Positions 1 through 7,807 of a stretch of DNA of 29,240 nt are shown here, piece by piece. Under the pieces are notes generated by a model. That model did not search any database. It saw nothing but the letters and a program-made list of their open reading frames with translations, and was not told the origin of the DNA. Positions within the stretch are counted from its first letter, which is position 1; every line of letters begins with the position of its first letter. The DNA is from a virus: UHGV virus genome UHGV-0275034. One strand, written 5' to 3'. The translations under genes and the position numbers were made by a program.

Positions 1-20
1 GGACTGAAAGGAGCAAGTGT

Positions 21-311
21 ATGACGGGCAAAGAGGCAATTATTCATTACCTGGGGACGCATAATAGCTTCTGTGCGCCGGACGTTGCCGCGCTAACAGG
101 CGCAACAGTAACCAGCATAAATCAGGCCGCGGCTAAAATGGCACGGGCAGGTCTTCTGGTTATCGAAGGTAAGGTCTGGCGAACGGTGTATTACCGGTTT
201 GCTACCAAGGAAGAACGGGAAGGAAAGATGAGCACGAACCTGATTTTTAAGGAGTGTCGCCAGAGTGCCACGATGAAACGGATATTGGCGGTATATGGAG
301 TTAAAAGATGA
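21..311 (+). CDS. ren: Ren-like protein (lambda ren homologue, 96 aa)
   Basis: ATG at 21 preceded by AAAGGAG; 96-aa product matching my recollection of lambda Ren in length and sequence; sits immediately upstream of the nin region and a tR2-like terminator. Confidence 0.6.
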   Translation: MTGKEAIIHYLGTHNSFCAPDVAALTGATVTSINQAAAKMARAGLLVIEGKVWRTVYYRFATKEEREGKMSTNLIFKECRQSATMKRILAVYGVKR

Positions 312-336
312 CCATCTACATTACTGAGCTAATAAC

Positions 337-369
337 AGGCCTGCTGGTAATCGCAGGCCTTTTTATTTG
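337..369 (+). terminator. Intrinsic terminator (tR2-like) downstream of ren
   Basis: Perfect 8-bp stem AGGCCTGC/GCAGGCCT with 8-nt loop, followed by TTTTTATTT. Confidence 0.7.
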
Positions 370-383
370 GGGGAGGGTAAATC

Positions 384-590
384 GTGGCTGAGTTAATTTT
401 CTCTGCATTGAGGATTCTCGGTGCTATGTGGATGGTGGCGACGTTCATTGTTGTTGCCAGAAGTTTTGTCCGGTTGGTAGGCGAAGGTAAAGACCTGGTA
501 GGTGTGCTTTTCGGTAGCATTTTCCTGTGGGTGATTATCGGTGTTATGCCTGTCGCTGTAGCAAAAATGGCGTGGCGTTTTGTGAGTTGA
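384..590 (+). CDS. Small hydrophobic protein (68 aa, two predicted TM helices), GTG start
   Basis: GTG at 384 with GGAGG about 8 nt upstream; translation is dominated by two hydrophobic stretches; no family recognised. Confidence 0.5.
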   Translation: MAELIFSALRILGAMWMVATFIVVARSFVRLVGEGKDLVGVLFGSIFLWVIIGVMPVAVAKMAWRFVS

Positions 591-607
591 ACTGATGGTA
601 AATATCG

Positions 608-928
608 ATGGACGAATCAAGAAAGCAGTTTGAAGAAAGTTGGTTGCGACGTGGAGGCGAATCCTCAGACCTTATCCGTTACCCTGAAAATCACCATGAA
701 ATTGGCAGTGGTAATATTGGTGGTCAATACGTGATGGACGATGTTCAAGGCCACTGGCAAACGTGGCAGGCATCGCGATCAGCTATTGAAATAACCGCGC
801 CAAAGTTTATCGACAGCAGAGAAGCATTAGCCAAAGGGTTTACTGTTGATTATTCCAATGGCTTCGGTGATGCAATGGATGCTTATGAGGAAAACATCCG
901 CGCTGCTGGAATCAAAGTGAAGGAGTGA
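608..928 (+). CDS. Hypothetical phage protein (106 aa), paralogue of 1386..1742
   Basis: Shares N-terminal MDESRKQFEE, central W-x-W-QASR-x-AIE and C-terminal IRAAGIK motifs with the downstream ORF; the first ~30 nt of both genes are near-identical. Confidence 0.6.
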   Translation: MDESRKQFEESWLRRGGESSDLIRYPENHHEIGSGNIGGQYVMDDVQGHWQTWQASRSAIEITAPKFIDSREALAKGFTVDYSNGFGDAMDAYEENIRAAGIKVKE

Positions 929-1116
929 GCATGAGTCGACGAAGTAGCTTTTTGGGGTTTGTAATATTCCTGTCCTGCACTGGTTACATCGTAATCTGGT
1001 CAATTTCGAACATTGACCGTGGCGGGGAATATCTCATTGTAATGTTCTTTCCTTTGTTTCTTGGGTGGTACGCCGCAAGGTTGCTGGAAGAATGGGGTTA
1101 CAGGCATAAAAAATAA
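925..1116 (+). CDS. Small hydrophobic protein (63 aa, two predicted TM helices)
   Basis: ATG overlaps the upstream stop (ATGA coupling); strongly hydrophobic translation. Confidence 0.5.
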   Translation: MSMSRRSSFLGFVIFLSCTGYIVIWSISNIDRGGEYLIVMFFPLFLGWYAARLLEEWGYRHKK

Positions 1117-1175
1117 AGGAGTGTTCAGTGAAGCAAACCCTTTTTTATTGGATTAAGAGCGAGTGGTAAGTACCG

Positions 1176-1358
1176 ATGGTAAATGCATTTATTTGTAGTT
1201 TATTTCTTGTCGCGATTTTTCATGGATTCCTTCTGATGATGAGTTTTGTTCTCTGGAATAATGGATATCGCATATTGGGAGTAGGTTTTGTTTTACGGTT
1301 TTCAGTTGTCTGCGCGTTGCTACCGATAATTATGGCGACTATCAAATATTATTGGTAA
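1176..1358 (+). CDS. Small hydrophobic protein (60 aa, two predicted TM helices)
   Basis: ORF with hydrophobic translation in an AT-rich stretch; no family recognised. Confidence 0.4.
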   Translation: MVNAFICSLFLVAIFHGFLLMMSFVLWNNGYRILGVGFVLRFSVVCALLPIIMATIKYYW

Positions 1359-1385
1359 CCCAAAAAATCATCGATGGAGAGTGAT

Positions 1386-1742
1386 ATGGACGAATCAAGA
1401 AAGCAGTTTGAGGAATACGTTGCCAAAAAATTGAGATTACCATTCGAGATGATAACCGAGGCAAGAAATGGTGATAGGTACTTCGCATTTTCAAGCATGG
1501 ATATTCGTCACTCCTTAAATGAGTGGTGGACTTTATGGCAGGCATCGCGAGCAGCTATTGAACTGGATATCGACTGGCCAGAATCGAATGACGACTTTTG
1601 GAAAGATGGTGAAGAAGGTGCTTATGCGATGGGTTATGAGGATGGGCGTGACAAAACGGTAATTGCAGTAATGAAAGCTATCAGAGCCGCTGGAATTAAA
1701 GAGAAGAATTTCGATGAAGCAAACAATATTCCTCCGAACTAA
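1386..1742 (+). CDS. Hypothetical phage protein (about 118 aa), paralogue of 608..928
   Basis: Start chosen at ATG 1386 (MDESRKQFEE, GGAG 8 nt upstream) to match the paralogue; the ORF track allows an earlier ATG at 1374. Confidence 0.6.
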   Translation: MDESRKQFEEYVAKKLRLPFEMITEARNGDRYFAFSSMDIRHSLNEWWTLWQASRAAIELDIDWPESNDDFWKDGEEGAYAMGYEDGRDKTVIAVMKAIRAAGIKEKNFDEANNIPPN

Positions 1743-2124
1743 GCAACAACAGCAAGCCGCAATCAACGCCATCCTCGCAACACCACTCGATAAAGACAAG
1801 CCAGTCACCATCCGCATTACTGACTACAAGCGCAACCTTGACCAGAACGCAAAATTTCACGCGATGCTGGCGGATATCGCTCGTCAGGTTCAATGGTGCG
1901 GCAAATGGTTAAAACCAGAACAATGGAAGGTTTTGTTGATCAGCGGTCATGCAGTGGCAACAAAACAGGAAGCTGATGTTTTGCCCGGGCTTGAAGGCGA
2001 ATACGTCAACATTCGCGAAAGCAGCGCGCAGATGAGTGTGAAGCGTATGGCAAGTCTTATCGAGTACACAACAGCCTGGGCTATTGGTCATGGTGTCAGA
2101 TTTACCGACAGGAGGTACGAATGA
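1714..2124 (+). CDS. ninB: NinB (Orf-family recombination mediator)
   Basis: 136-aa product aligns with lambda NinB as I recall it (including a conserved LDQN motif); sits at the head of the nin gene string. Confidence 0.8.
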   Translation: MKQTIFLRTKQQQQAAINAILATPLDKDKPVTIRITDYKRNLDQNAKFHAMLADIARQVQWCGKWLKPEQWKVLLISGHAVATKQEADVLPGLEGEYVNIRESSAQMSVKRMASLIEYTTAWAIGHGVRFTDRRYE

Positions 2125-2297
2125 GACGACAGCGACGAAGTATCACCGACATCATCTGCGAAAACTGCAAATACCTTCCAACGAAACGCTCCAGAAATAA
2201 ACGCAAGCCAATCCCAAAAGAATCTGACGTAAAAACCTTCAACTACACGGCTCACCTGTGGGATATCCGGTGGCTAAGACATCGTGCGAGGAAATGA
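2121..2297 (+). CDS. ninE: NinE-family small protein (58 aa; could be labelled NinD in some annotations)
   Basis: Below the ORF-track cutoff; translated by hand as [58 protein letters not shown]; ATG overlaps the ninB stop. Confidence 0.6.
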   Translation: MRRQRRSITDIICENCKYLPTKRSRNKRKPIPKESDVKTFNYTAHLWDIRWLRHRARK

Positions 2298-2683
2298 CAA
2301 TGGATTATTCACAGTTAAGTGATTTTGAAATTAACGTGGCGGTATTCGAAGCCATTCATAACGGATCACCGGATTACAAAGAAGGTGAGAATGGCGCGAT
2401 GGTGTTTATCTCATTTGAGGGAGACATTGTAAACGGAGACGCAGTTGAAGTAGAGGTTGAGCGCGGATCCTTTAACCCATGCGCAAACCCAGCAGACGCA
2501 TGGCCGATTATCACTGAAAACAACATCAGCATAATTTTAGACAATCCCTCAATGCCGTGCGCTACAGACAACGCAAGGGACTTGTTTGATGATGCCGGAC
2601 CGAATGTTGGTGTCGCATATGACAATCCACTCCGTGCCGCCATGATTGTCTTTCTCATGATGCAGGACGCCAATAATGCTTAG
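2294..2683 (+). CDS. Hypothetical acidic nin-region protein (about 129 aa)
   Basis: Start set at ATG 2294, which overlaps the NinE stop (ATGA), rather than the upstream in-frame ATG 2258 that lies inside NinE; no family recognised. Confidence 0.5.
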   Translation: MTMDYSQLSDFEINVAVFEAIHNGSPDYKEGENGAMVFISFEGDIVNGDAVEVEVERGSFNPCANPADAWPIITENNISIILDNPSMPCATDNARDLFDDAGPNVGVAYDNPLRAAMIVFLMMQDANNA

Positions 2684-2852
2684 CCCATCCCAATCCCTTC
2701 AATACCAGAAAGAAAGCGTCGAGCGGGCTTTAACGTGCGCTAACTGCGGTCAGAAGCTGCATGTGCTGGAAGTTCACGTGTGTGAGCACTGCTGCGCAGA
2801 ACTGATGAGCGATCCGAATAGCTCAATGTACGAGGAAGAAGACGATGAATGA
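2676..2852 (+). CDS. ninF: NinF (58 aa, Cys-rich)
   Basis: Below the ORF-track cutoff; translated by hand as [58 protein letters not shown]; matches my recollection of lambda NinF. Confidence 0.7.
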   Translation: MLSPSQSLQYQKESVERALTCANCGQKLHVLEVHVCEHCCAELMSDPNSSMYEEEDDE

Positions 2853-3567
2853 GTTAATAAATGGCAATGCCATCAAAATGACAAGCATTGAAATCGCTGA
2901 GTTGGTGGGTAAGCGTCATGACAATGTGAAACGTACCATCGAAACGCTGGCTAAGAATGGTGTTATCCGGCTTCCTCAAATTGAGGATTGTGGAAGAATC
3001 AATGGGTTAGGCTTAAATCAAAGTTTTTGTGTGTATGCATTCGAAGGCGAACAAGGAAAGCGAGACAGTATTGTCGTTGTAGCCCAGTTGTCGCCGGAAT
3101 TCACCGCTCGTCTTGTTGACCGTTGGCGAGAGCTTGAAGAAACTGCGGTTAATATCCCCAAAACGCTACCAGAAGCGTTGCGCCTTGCTGCTGATCTTGC
3201 TGAGCAGAAAATGCAACTGGAAAACCAGCTCGCAATTGCCGCACCTAAAGTTGAGTTTGCCGATCGCGTTGGCGAGGCCAGCGGAATTTTGATTGGAAAC
3301 TATGCAAAGGTTGTTGGAATTGGTCCAAACAAACTGTTTGCGTGGATGCGCGATCACAAAATCCTTATTGCTTCAGGTTCCCGGCGCAATGTGCCAATGC
3401 AGGAATATATGGATCGCGGCTATTTCACAGTGAAAGAAACAGCGGTCAACACAAATCACGGAATACAGATATCGTTCACCACAAAAATCACCGGGCGTGG
3501 TCAACAGTGGCTGACCAGAAAGCTGCTCGATAACGGAATGCTGAAAGTAACAGGGGAGGCTGCTTAA
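2845..3567 (+). CDS. Rha-family phage regulatory protein with C-terminal KilA-C/ANT domain (antirepressor-like)
   Basis: N-terminal region has the Rha signature (TSIEIAELVGKRHDNV); C-terminal half resembles the ANT/KilA-C antirepressor domain. Confidence 0.65.
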   Translation: MNELINGNAIKMTSIEIAELVGKRHDNVKRTIETLAKNGVIRLPQIEDCGRINGLGLNQSFCVYAFEGEQGKRDSIVVVAQLSPEFTARLVDRWRELEETAVNIPKTLPEALRLAADLAEQKMQLENQLAIAAPKVEFADRVGEASGILIGNYAKVVGIGPNKLFAWMRDHKILIASGSRRNVPMQEYMDRGYFTVKETAVNTNHGIQISFTTKITGRGQQWLTRKLLDNGMLKVTGEAA

Positions 3568-3857
3568 TGGCTAACCTACGCAAAGAAGCGCGCGGAAGAG
3601 AATGCCAGGTACGTATTTACGGCGTATGCAATGGCAATCCTGAAACCACAGTTCTGGCACATTACCGGATGGCTGGAATTTGCGGAACGGGAATGAAGCC
3701 TGACGACCTGATCGGCGCATGGGCTTGTAGTGACTGCCACGCGGAGATCGACCGACGCACCCGGATTCTCGACAACAAAGACGCCAGACTTTACCACCTC
3801 GAAGGCGTGATCAGGACGCAGGCGATACTGCTGAAGGAGGGGAAGATTAAGTCATGA
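3567..3857 (+). CDS. ybcO: YbcO-like putative nuclease (DUF1364 family)
   Basis: 96-aa product with the Cys/His pattern RGRECQVRIYGVCNGNPETTVLAH ... CSDCHAEIDRR that I recall from DLP12 YbcO; start overlaps the upstream stop (TAATG). Confidence 0.65.
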   Translation: MANLRKEARGRECQVRIYGVCNGNPETTVLAHYRMAGICGTGMKPDDLIGAWACSDCHAEIDRRTRILDNKDARLYHLEGVIRTQAILLKEGKIKS

Positions 3858-4378
3858 ACGGTAAAAGATATCCAACACAAAAAGAAATCAATGAATTGTA
3901 TGAATATAATAGCGAAACAGGTTTGTTTATATACAAGAGAAGAGAAAGTGTAAGAGAGTGCTGGAATTCAACATATGCCGGTAAGATTGCTGGTTCTATA
4001 GATGAAAAAGGATACGTTCGTATATCTGTAAATAAAAAAGTTTGTCGAGCTCATAGAATCGCATGGATATCCTTTTATGGAAGTGAACCTGATGGGGAAA
4101 TTGACCACATAAATGGAGTTAAAAGCGATAACAGAATATGCAATTTGCGCGTTGTAGATGATAAACAGAACTCAAGGAACAGAAAAAAGCCTATTAATAA
4201 TCGCTCTGGAGTAATGGGGGTTGCCTACTATAAGAAGAATAAAAAGTGGGGCGCATATATAAACAGTGATAATAAAAAGATATTTCTTGGATTATACGAT
4301 GACATATCTCTAGCCGTTAATGCCAGAAAATTGGCGGAATCACGATTGGGGTATCACCATAATCATGGGAGAGGATAA
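3854..4378 (+). CDS. HNH homing endonuclease with AP2-type DNA-binding domain
   Basis: HNH motif region (IDHINGVKSDNRICNLR ... NSRN) followed by an AP2-like segment (SGVMGVAYYKKNKKWGAYI); gene is markedly AT-rich relative to its neighbours. Confidence 0.75.
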   Translation: MNGKRYPTQKEINELYEYNSETGLFIYKRRESVRECWNSTYAGKIAGSIDEKGYVRISVNKKVCRAHRIAWISFYGSEPDGEIDHINGVKSDNRICNLRVVDDKQNSRNRKKPINNRSGVMGVAYYKKNKKWGAYINSDNKKIFLGLYDDISLAVNARKLAESRLGYHHNHGRG

Positions 4379-4741
4379 ATGGCAGAATACAGATTCACAC
4401 TTCCGTACCCACCGTCGCTGAACACCTACTGGCGAAGACGGGGAAGCCAATACTACATCAGCGATAAAGGCCAGAAATACCGAAAAGACGTTCAGCAAAT
4501 CATCCGCCAACTTAAGTTAGACATTTTCACCAAATCACGACTCCGCATCAAAGTCATCGCAGACGTTCCAGACTCCCGCCGCCGCGACCTCGACAACATC
4601 CTGAAAGGTTTACTCGACTCCCTTATCCACGCCGGATTTGCGGAAGACGACGAGCAATTCGATGACATTCGCGTAATTCGTGGTGTGAAAGTACCAGGTG
4701 GAAGGCTTGGAATAAAAATCACCGAACTGGAGAACGCATGA
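4379..4741 (+). CDS. rusA: RusA Holliday junction resolvase
   Basis: 120-aa product with the RusA pattern (LPYPPSLNTYW ... RRRDLDN ... GGRL) as I recall it from E. coli RusA. Confidence 0.85.
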   Translation: MAEYRFTLPYPPSLNTYWRRRGSQYYISDKGQKYRKDVQQIIRQLKLDIFTKSRLRIKVIADVPDSRRRDLDNILKGLLDSLIHAGFAEDDEQFDDIRVIRGVKVPGGRLGIKITELENA

Positions 4742-4926
4742 ACGCCACAATTCAAACGATACCAGAGCTTCTTATCCAGACACGAGGCAATCAGACCGAA
4801 GTGGCAAGGATGCTTTCCTGCGCAAGAGGAACAGTGCTCAAGTACAACCGAGACAGCAAAGGCGAGCGTCATGTAATAGTTAACGGCGTCCTGATGGTCA
4901 AACAGGGCAAGAGGGGAAGACGATGA
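4738..4926 (+). CDS. ninH: NinH
   Basis: 62-aa product containing GNQTEVARML-C-RGTV, as in lambda NinH; start overlaps the rusA stop. Confidence 0.75.
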   Translation: MNATIQTIPELLIQTRGNQTEVARMLSCARGTVLKYNRDSKGERHVIVNGVLMVKQGKRGRR

Positions 4927-5411
4927 GCATAAGAGAACTAAACCTCACCAAAGAGCAGCACGATTGGCTGAATGGCTGGCTTGAACTGTGGGGAGCATGG
5001 GTTTATTCAGGTCGTCTTGAAAAGCGCATGAGCAGCGTAATAGCGAAGTTCATGGAGAGCGTAGAGCCGGGAAGAGTTATGACAAGGCCAATGTGCAATG
5101 ATGATGATGGAATGTTGATTTCTCAGGTCGTCGATTCCGTCATGTACATTGACAAGAAAGCCTTTGGCATCCTCCTCAGCTACTACGCTCATGGATCTTC
5201 CAAGCACGCCATTGCATCTTACTATCATCGTGTCGCAAGACCTCGCAAGATGTTATGCCGTGGCGGCGGGCGCATTCAAAAACCATCGCTCGCAACCTGT
5301 CGCCGGGAAGTTGACGAAATCCTCAATGCCTCGTTGTTTATGATTTATCCGGTTCTGGATAGTGCGTTTAAAAACCGGAAACGTGTAGATAAAATTAAAC
5401 ATGTAGCATAG
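4923..5411 (+). CDS. Q: Late-gene antiterminator Q (non-lambda Q type, 162 aa)
   Basis: Position directly after ninH and before the lysis genes; translation resembles the Q antiterminator family found in 21/82-like lambdoid phages and DLP12 QuuD. Confidence 0.7.
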   Translation: MSIRELNLTKEQHDWLNGWLELWGAWVYSGRLEKRMSSVIAKFMESVEPGRVMTRPMCNDDDGMLISQVVDSVMYIDKKAFGILLSYYAHGSSKHAIASYYHRVARPRKMLCRGGGRIQKPSLATCRREVDEILNASLFMIYPVLDSAFKNRKRVDKIKHVA

Positions 5412-5417
5412 AACGTG

Positions 5418-5446
5418 TTGACATCATTGAGCAAATGAGCAACACT
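5418..5446 (+). promoter_or_regulatory. Candidate late promoter pR' (-35 TTGACA at 5418..5423; weak -10 about 17 bp downstream)
   Basis: Consensus -35 hexamer immediately after the Q stop, where lambdoid late promoters sit; the -10 hexamer is poor (AACACT), so the call is tentative. Confidence 0.35.
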
Positions 5447-5454
5447 ATTCGCAT

Positions 5455-5503
5455 AAGCTGCCGTTAGTGACTCTTAAGTTGCAACGGTGGCTTTTTTTGT
5501 TTG
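5455..5503 (+). terminator. Candidate tR'-like intrinsic terminator
   Basis: Imperfect roughly 10-bp stem (AGCTGCCGTT / AACGGTGGCT, two G-U pairs) followed by TTTTTTTGTTTG. Confidence 0.45.
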
Positions 5504-5522
5504 CACAACAGGTAAGAGCATT
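5504..5522. repeat. 19-bp direct repeat CACAACAGGTAAGAGCATT, copy 1
   Basis: Exact 19/19 match to 5755..5773; the same motif follows tR' in phage lambda as I recall. Confidence 0.8.
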
Positions 5523-5754
5523 CTCCCTTATGGGGCTTGGCTTAAATGCACCGAGTGCTCTTATCGTTGTGGCAGCACAACGATAGTTTTCGTCAGAGTT
5601 GGCGACTTTGCGGTTTTTTAGAAACTGACCACAAAGATAAATGCAAACGATGATGTTGTTCTGATGGCGGCGTAATAGCCTGTAAGTCAGCAAGGTCTTC
5701 CGACTCCTTGTAAACAAATTCGGCGCACTGGCCCGGTGTGATTAATAATGGGCA

Positions 5755-5773
5755 CACAACAGGTAAGAGCATT
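5755..5773. repeat. 19-bp direct repeat CACAACAGGTAAGAGCATT, copy 2
   Basis: Exact match to 5504..5522; the two copies bracket about 232 bp with no convincing ORF. Confidence 0.8.
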
Positions 5774-6285
5774 GCGCGCCTGACGAGCCCATGAGGGACG
5801 AAACGCATTAGCGTCGTGCGGAGTATCCCCAGCCGGGGAATAACTGGATACCAGGGGAGACAACCCTAAGCGCATTTACGAGTGTGTTTAGGGCGTGGGT
5901 CGGCAATGACTCCCTGTGCAGCCGACATCTGGCCCGGCAACATACAGTGCTCCTTCCGTTGTGCTGAATTAAGCGAATACCGGAAGCAGAATCGGGTCAA
6001 CAAATGCGTACAGGCGTCATCGCCTCCCAGTAACAGCACACCCAAACTGAGCCGTAGCCACTGGCTATCCTGAACTCATCAGTGATAGTTACGCTGCGGC
6101 CTTCTATACATGACCTTCGTGAAAGCGGGTGGCAAGAGGCTGCGCTAACAACCTCCTGCCGTTTTGCCCGTGCATATCGGTCACGAACAAATCTGATTAC
6201 TAAACACAGTAGCCTGGATTTGTTCTATCAGTAATCGACCTTATTCCTAATTAAATAGAGCAAATCCCCTTATTGGGGGTAAGAC

Positions 6286-6609
6286 ATGAAGATGCCAGAA
6301 AAACATGACCTGTTAGCCGCCATTCTCGCGGCAAAGGAACAAGGCATCGGGGCAATCCTTGCGTTTGCAATGGCGTACCTTCGCGGCAGATATAATGGCG
6401 GTGCGTTTACAAAAACAGTAATCGACGCAACGATGTGCGCCATTATCGCCTGGTTCATTCGTGACCTTCTCGACTTCGCCGGACTAAGTAGCAATCTCGC
6501 TTATATAACGAGCGTGTTCATCGGCTACATCGGTACTGACTCGATTGGTTCGCTTATCAAACGCTTCGCTGCTAAAAAAGCCGGAGTAGAAGATGGTGGA
6601 AATCAATAA
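6286..6609 (+). CDS. S: Holin, lambda S type (dual start M1-K2-M3 giving antiholin S107 and holin S105)
   Basis: 107-aa product that matches lambda S as I remember it, including the MKM dual-start motif; the upstream sdi region also looks lambda-like. Confidence 0.9.
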   Translation: MKMPEKHDLLAAILAAKEQGIGAILAFAMAYLRGRYNGGAFTKTVIDATMCAIIAWFIRDLLDFAGLSSNLAYITSVFIGYIGTDSIGSLIKRFAAKKAGVEDGGNQ

Positions 6610-7069
6610 TCAACGTAAGGCGTTCCTCGATATGCTGGCGTGGTCAGAGGGAACTGATAACGGACGTCAGAAAACCAGAAATCATGGTTATGACGTCATT
6701 GTTGGCGGAGAGCTATTCACTGATTACTCCGATCACCCTCGCAAACTTGTCACGCTAAACCCAAAACTCAAATCAACAGCAGCCGGACGTTACCAGCTTC
6801 TTTCCCGTTGGTGGGATGCCTACCGCAAGCAGCTTGGACTGAAAGACTTCTCTCCGAAAAGCCAGGACGCTGTGGCATTGCAGCAGATTAAAGAGCGTGG
6901 TGCTTTACCGATGATTGACCGCGGTGATATTCGTCAGGCAATCGACCGTTGCAGTAATATCTGGGCTTCACTGCCGGGCGCTGGTTATGGTCAGTTCGAG
7001 CATAAGGCTGACAGCCTGATTGCAAAATTCAAAGAGGCTGGCGGAACGGTCAGAGAGATTGAGGTATGA
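6593..7069 (+). CDS. R: Endolysin, lambda R type (lytic transglycosylase)
   Basis: 158-aa product matching my recollection of lambda R; start overlaps the end of S. Confidence 0.9.
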   Translation: MVEINNQRKAFLDMLAWSEGTDNGRQKTRNHGYDVIVGGELFTDYSDHPRKLVTLNPKLKSTAAGRYQLLSRWWDAYRKQLGLKDFSPKSQDAVALQQIKERGALPMIDRGDIRQAIDRCSNIWASLPGAGYGQFEHKADSLIAKFKEAGGTVREIEV

Positions 7070-7503
7070 GCAGAGTCACCGCGATTATCTCCGCTCTGGT
7101 TATCTGCATCATCGTCTGCCTGTCATGGGCTGTTAATCATTACCGTGATAATGCCATCGCCTACAAAGAGCAGCGCGATAAAGCCAGGTACATCATCGCT
7201 GACATGCAGAAGCGTCAACGTGATGTAGCAGAACTTGACGCCAGATACACAAAGGAGCTTGCTGATGCTAATGCGACTATCGAAAGTCTCCGTGCTGATG
7301 TTTCTGCTGGTCGTAAGCGCCTGCAAGTCGCCGCCACCTGTGCAAAGTCAACGACCGGAGCCAGCAGCATGGGCGATGGAGAAAGTCCAAGACTTACAGC
7401 AGATGCTGAACTCAATTATTACCGTCTCCGAAGTGGAATCGACAAGATAACCGCGCAGGTTAACTACCTGCAGGAATACATCAGGACGCAATGCCTTCGA
7501 TGA
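7066..7503 (+). CDS. Rz: Rz i-spanin
   Basis: N-terminal TM segment ([31 protein letters not shown]) matches lambda Rz; C-terminal part diverges; contains an embedded +1-frame lipoprotein ORF. Confidence 0.85.
   Translation: MSRVTAIISALVICIIVCLSWAVNHYRDNAIAYKEQRDKARYIIADMQKRQRDVAELDARYTKELADANATIESLRADVSAGRKRLQVAATCAKSTTGASSMGDGESPRLTADAELNYYRLRSGIDKITAQVNYLQEYIRTQCLR
7265..7450 (+). CDS. Rz1: Rz1 o-spanin (outer-membrane lipoprotein embedded in Rz)
   Basis: +1-frame ORF wholly inside Rz; signal peptide and lipobox ([20 protein letters not shown]) followed by a Pro-rich segment; the start may be ATG 7265 or 7271. Confidence 0.7.
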   Translation: MLMRLSKVSVLMFLLVVSACKSPPPVQSQRPEPAAWAMEKVQDLQQMLNSIITVSEVESTR

Positions 7504-7677
7504 TAGCGATAATTTTACTCATCATCCTTCACATCTGGCTCTGTAGACAGGATGGTGATCACTTCTGGAGTGAATCCAGATTAAACATCTCATTGCTGAT
7601 GCTTGATATTGAGCATCTTGCGCGCGGTAAGGGGCTGCGTTGAGATAAGAGCCAGTCATTACAAATACCAGGATTTA

Positions 7678-7703
7678 GCCTCGCATTCGCGGGGCTTTTT
7701 ATT
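7678..7703 (+). terminator. Intrinsic terminator after the lysis cassette
   Basis: 7-bp stem GCCTCGC/GCGGGGC (one G-U pair), loop ATTC, then TTTTTATT. Confidence 0.6.
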
Positions 7704-7807
7704 GCCATTACAAAAGCCATTCCCTACAGAGTGGCTTTGATAATGGCTTATACCCTACACGGGATAACTTAACTGATATCCCTTTTAACGGATAAACGGA
7801 GCCAACA

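Noticed and set aside
2258-2293. Upstream extension of the 2294..2683 ORF
   Set aside because: Overlaps the end of NinE; ATG 2294 is coupled to the NinE stop and is the more economical start.
4492-4872. 126-aa minus-strand ORF antisense to rusA and ninH
   Set aside because: Antisense to two well-supported genes, Ser/Arg-rich composition, no RBS.
5445-6073. Short ORFs (62 to 90 aa, both strands) in the Q-S intergenic region
   Set aside because: No RBS, mutually overlapping, and crossing the terminator and repeat elements; the region is better explained as regulatory or non-coding.
5411-6285. tRNA genes between Q and S, as in Stx-type lambdoid phages
   Set aside because: I found no T-loop-like GGTTCGA-type motif followed by an acceptor-stem/CCA arrangement and no cloverleaf-compatible segment by eye; a covariance-model scan would be needed to exclude one formally.
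7503-7807. bor-like or other minus-strand gene after Rz
   Set aside because: No open reading frame of meaningful length on either strand; the interval contains a terminator and probably packaging or regulatory sequence instead.
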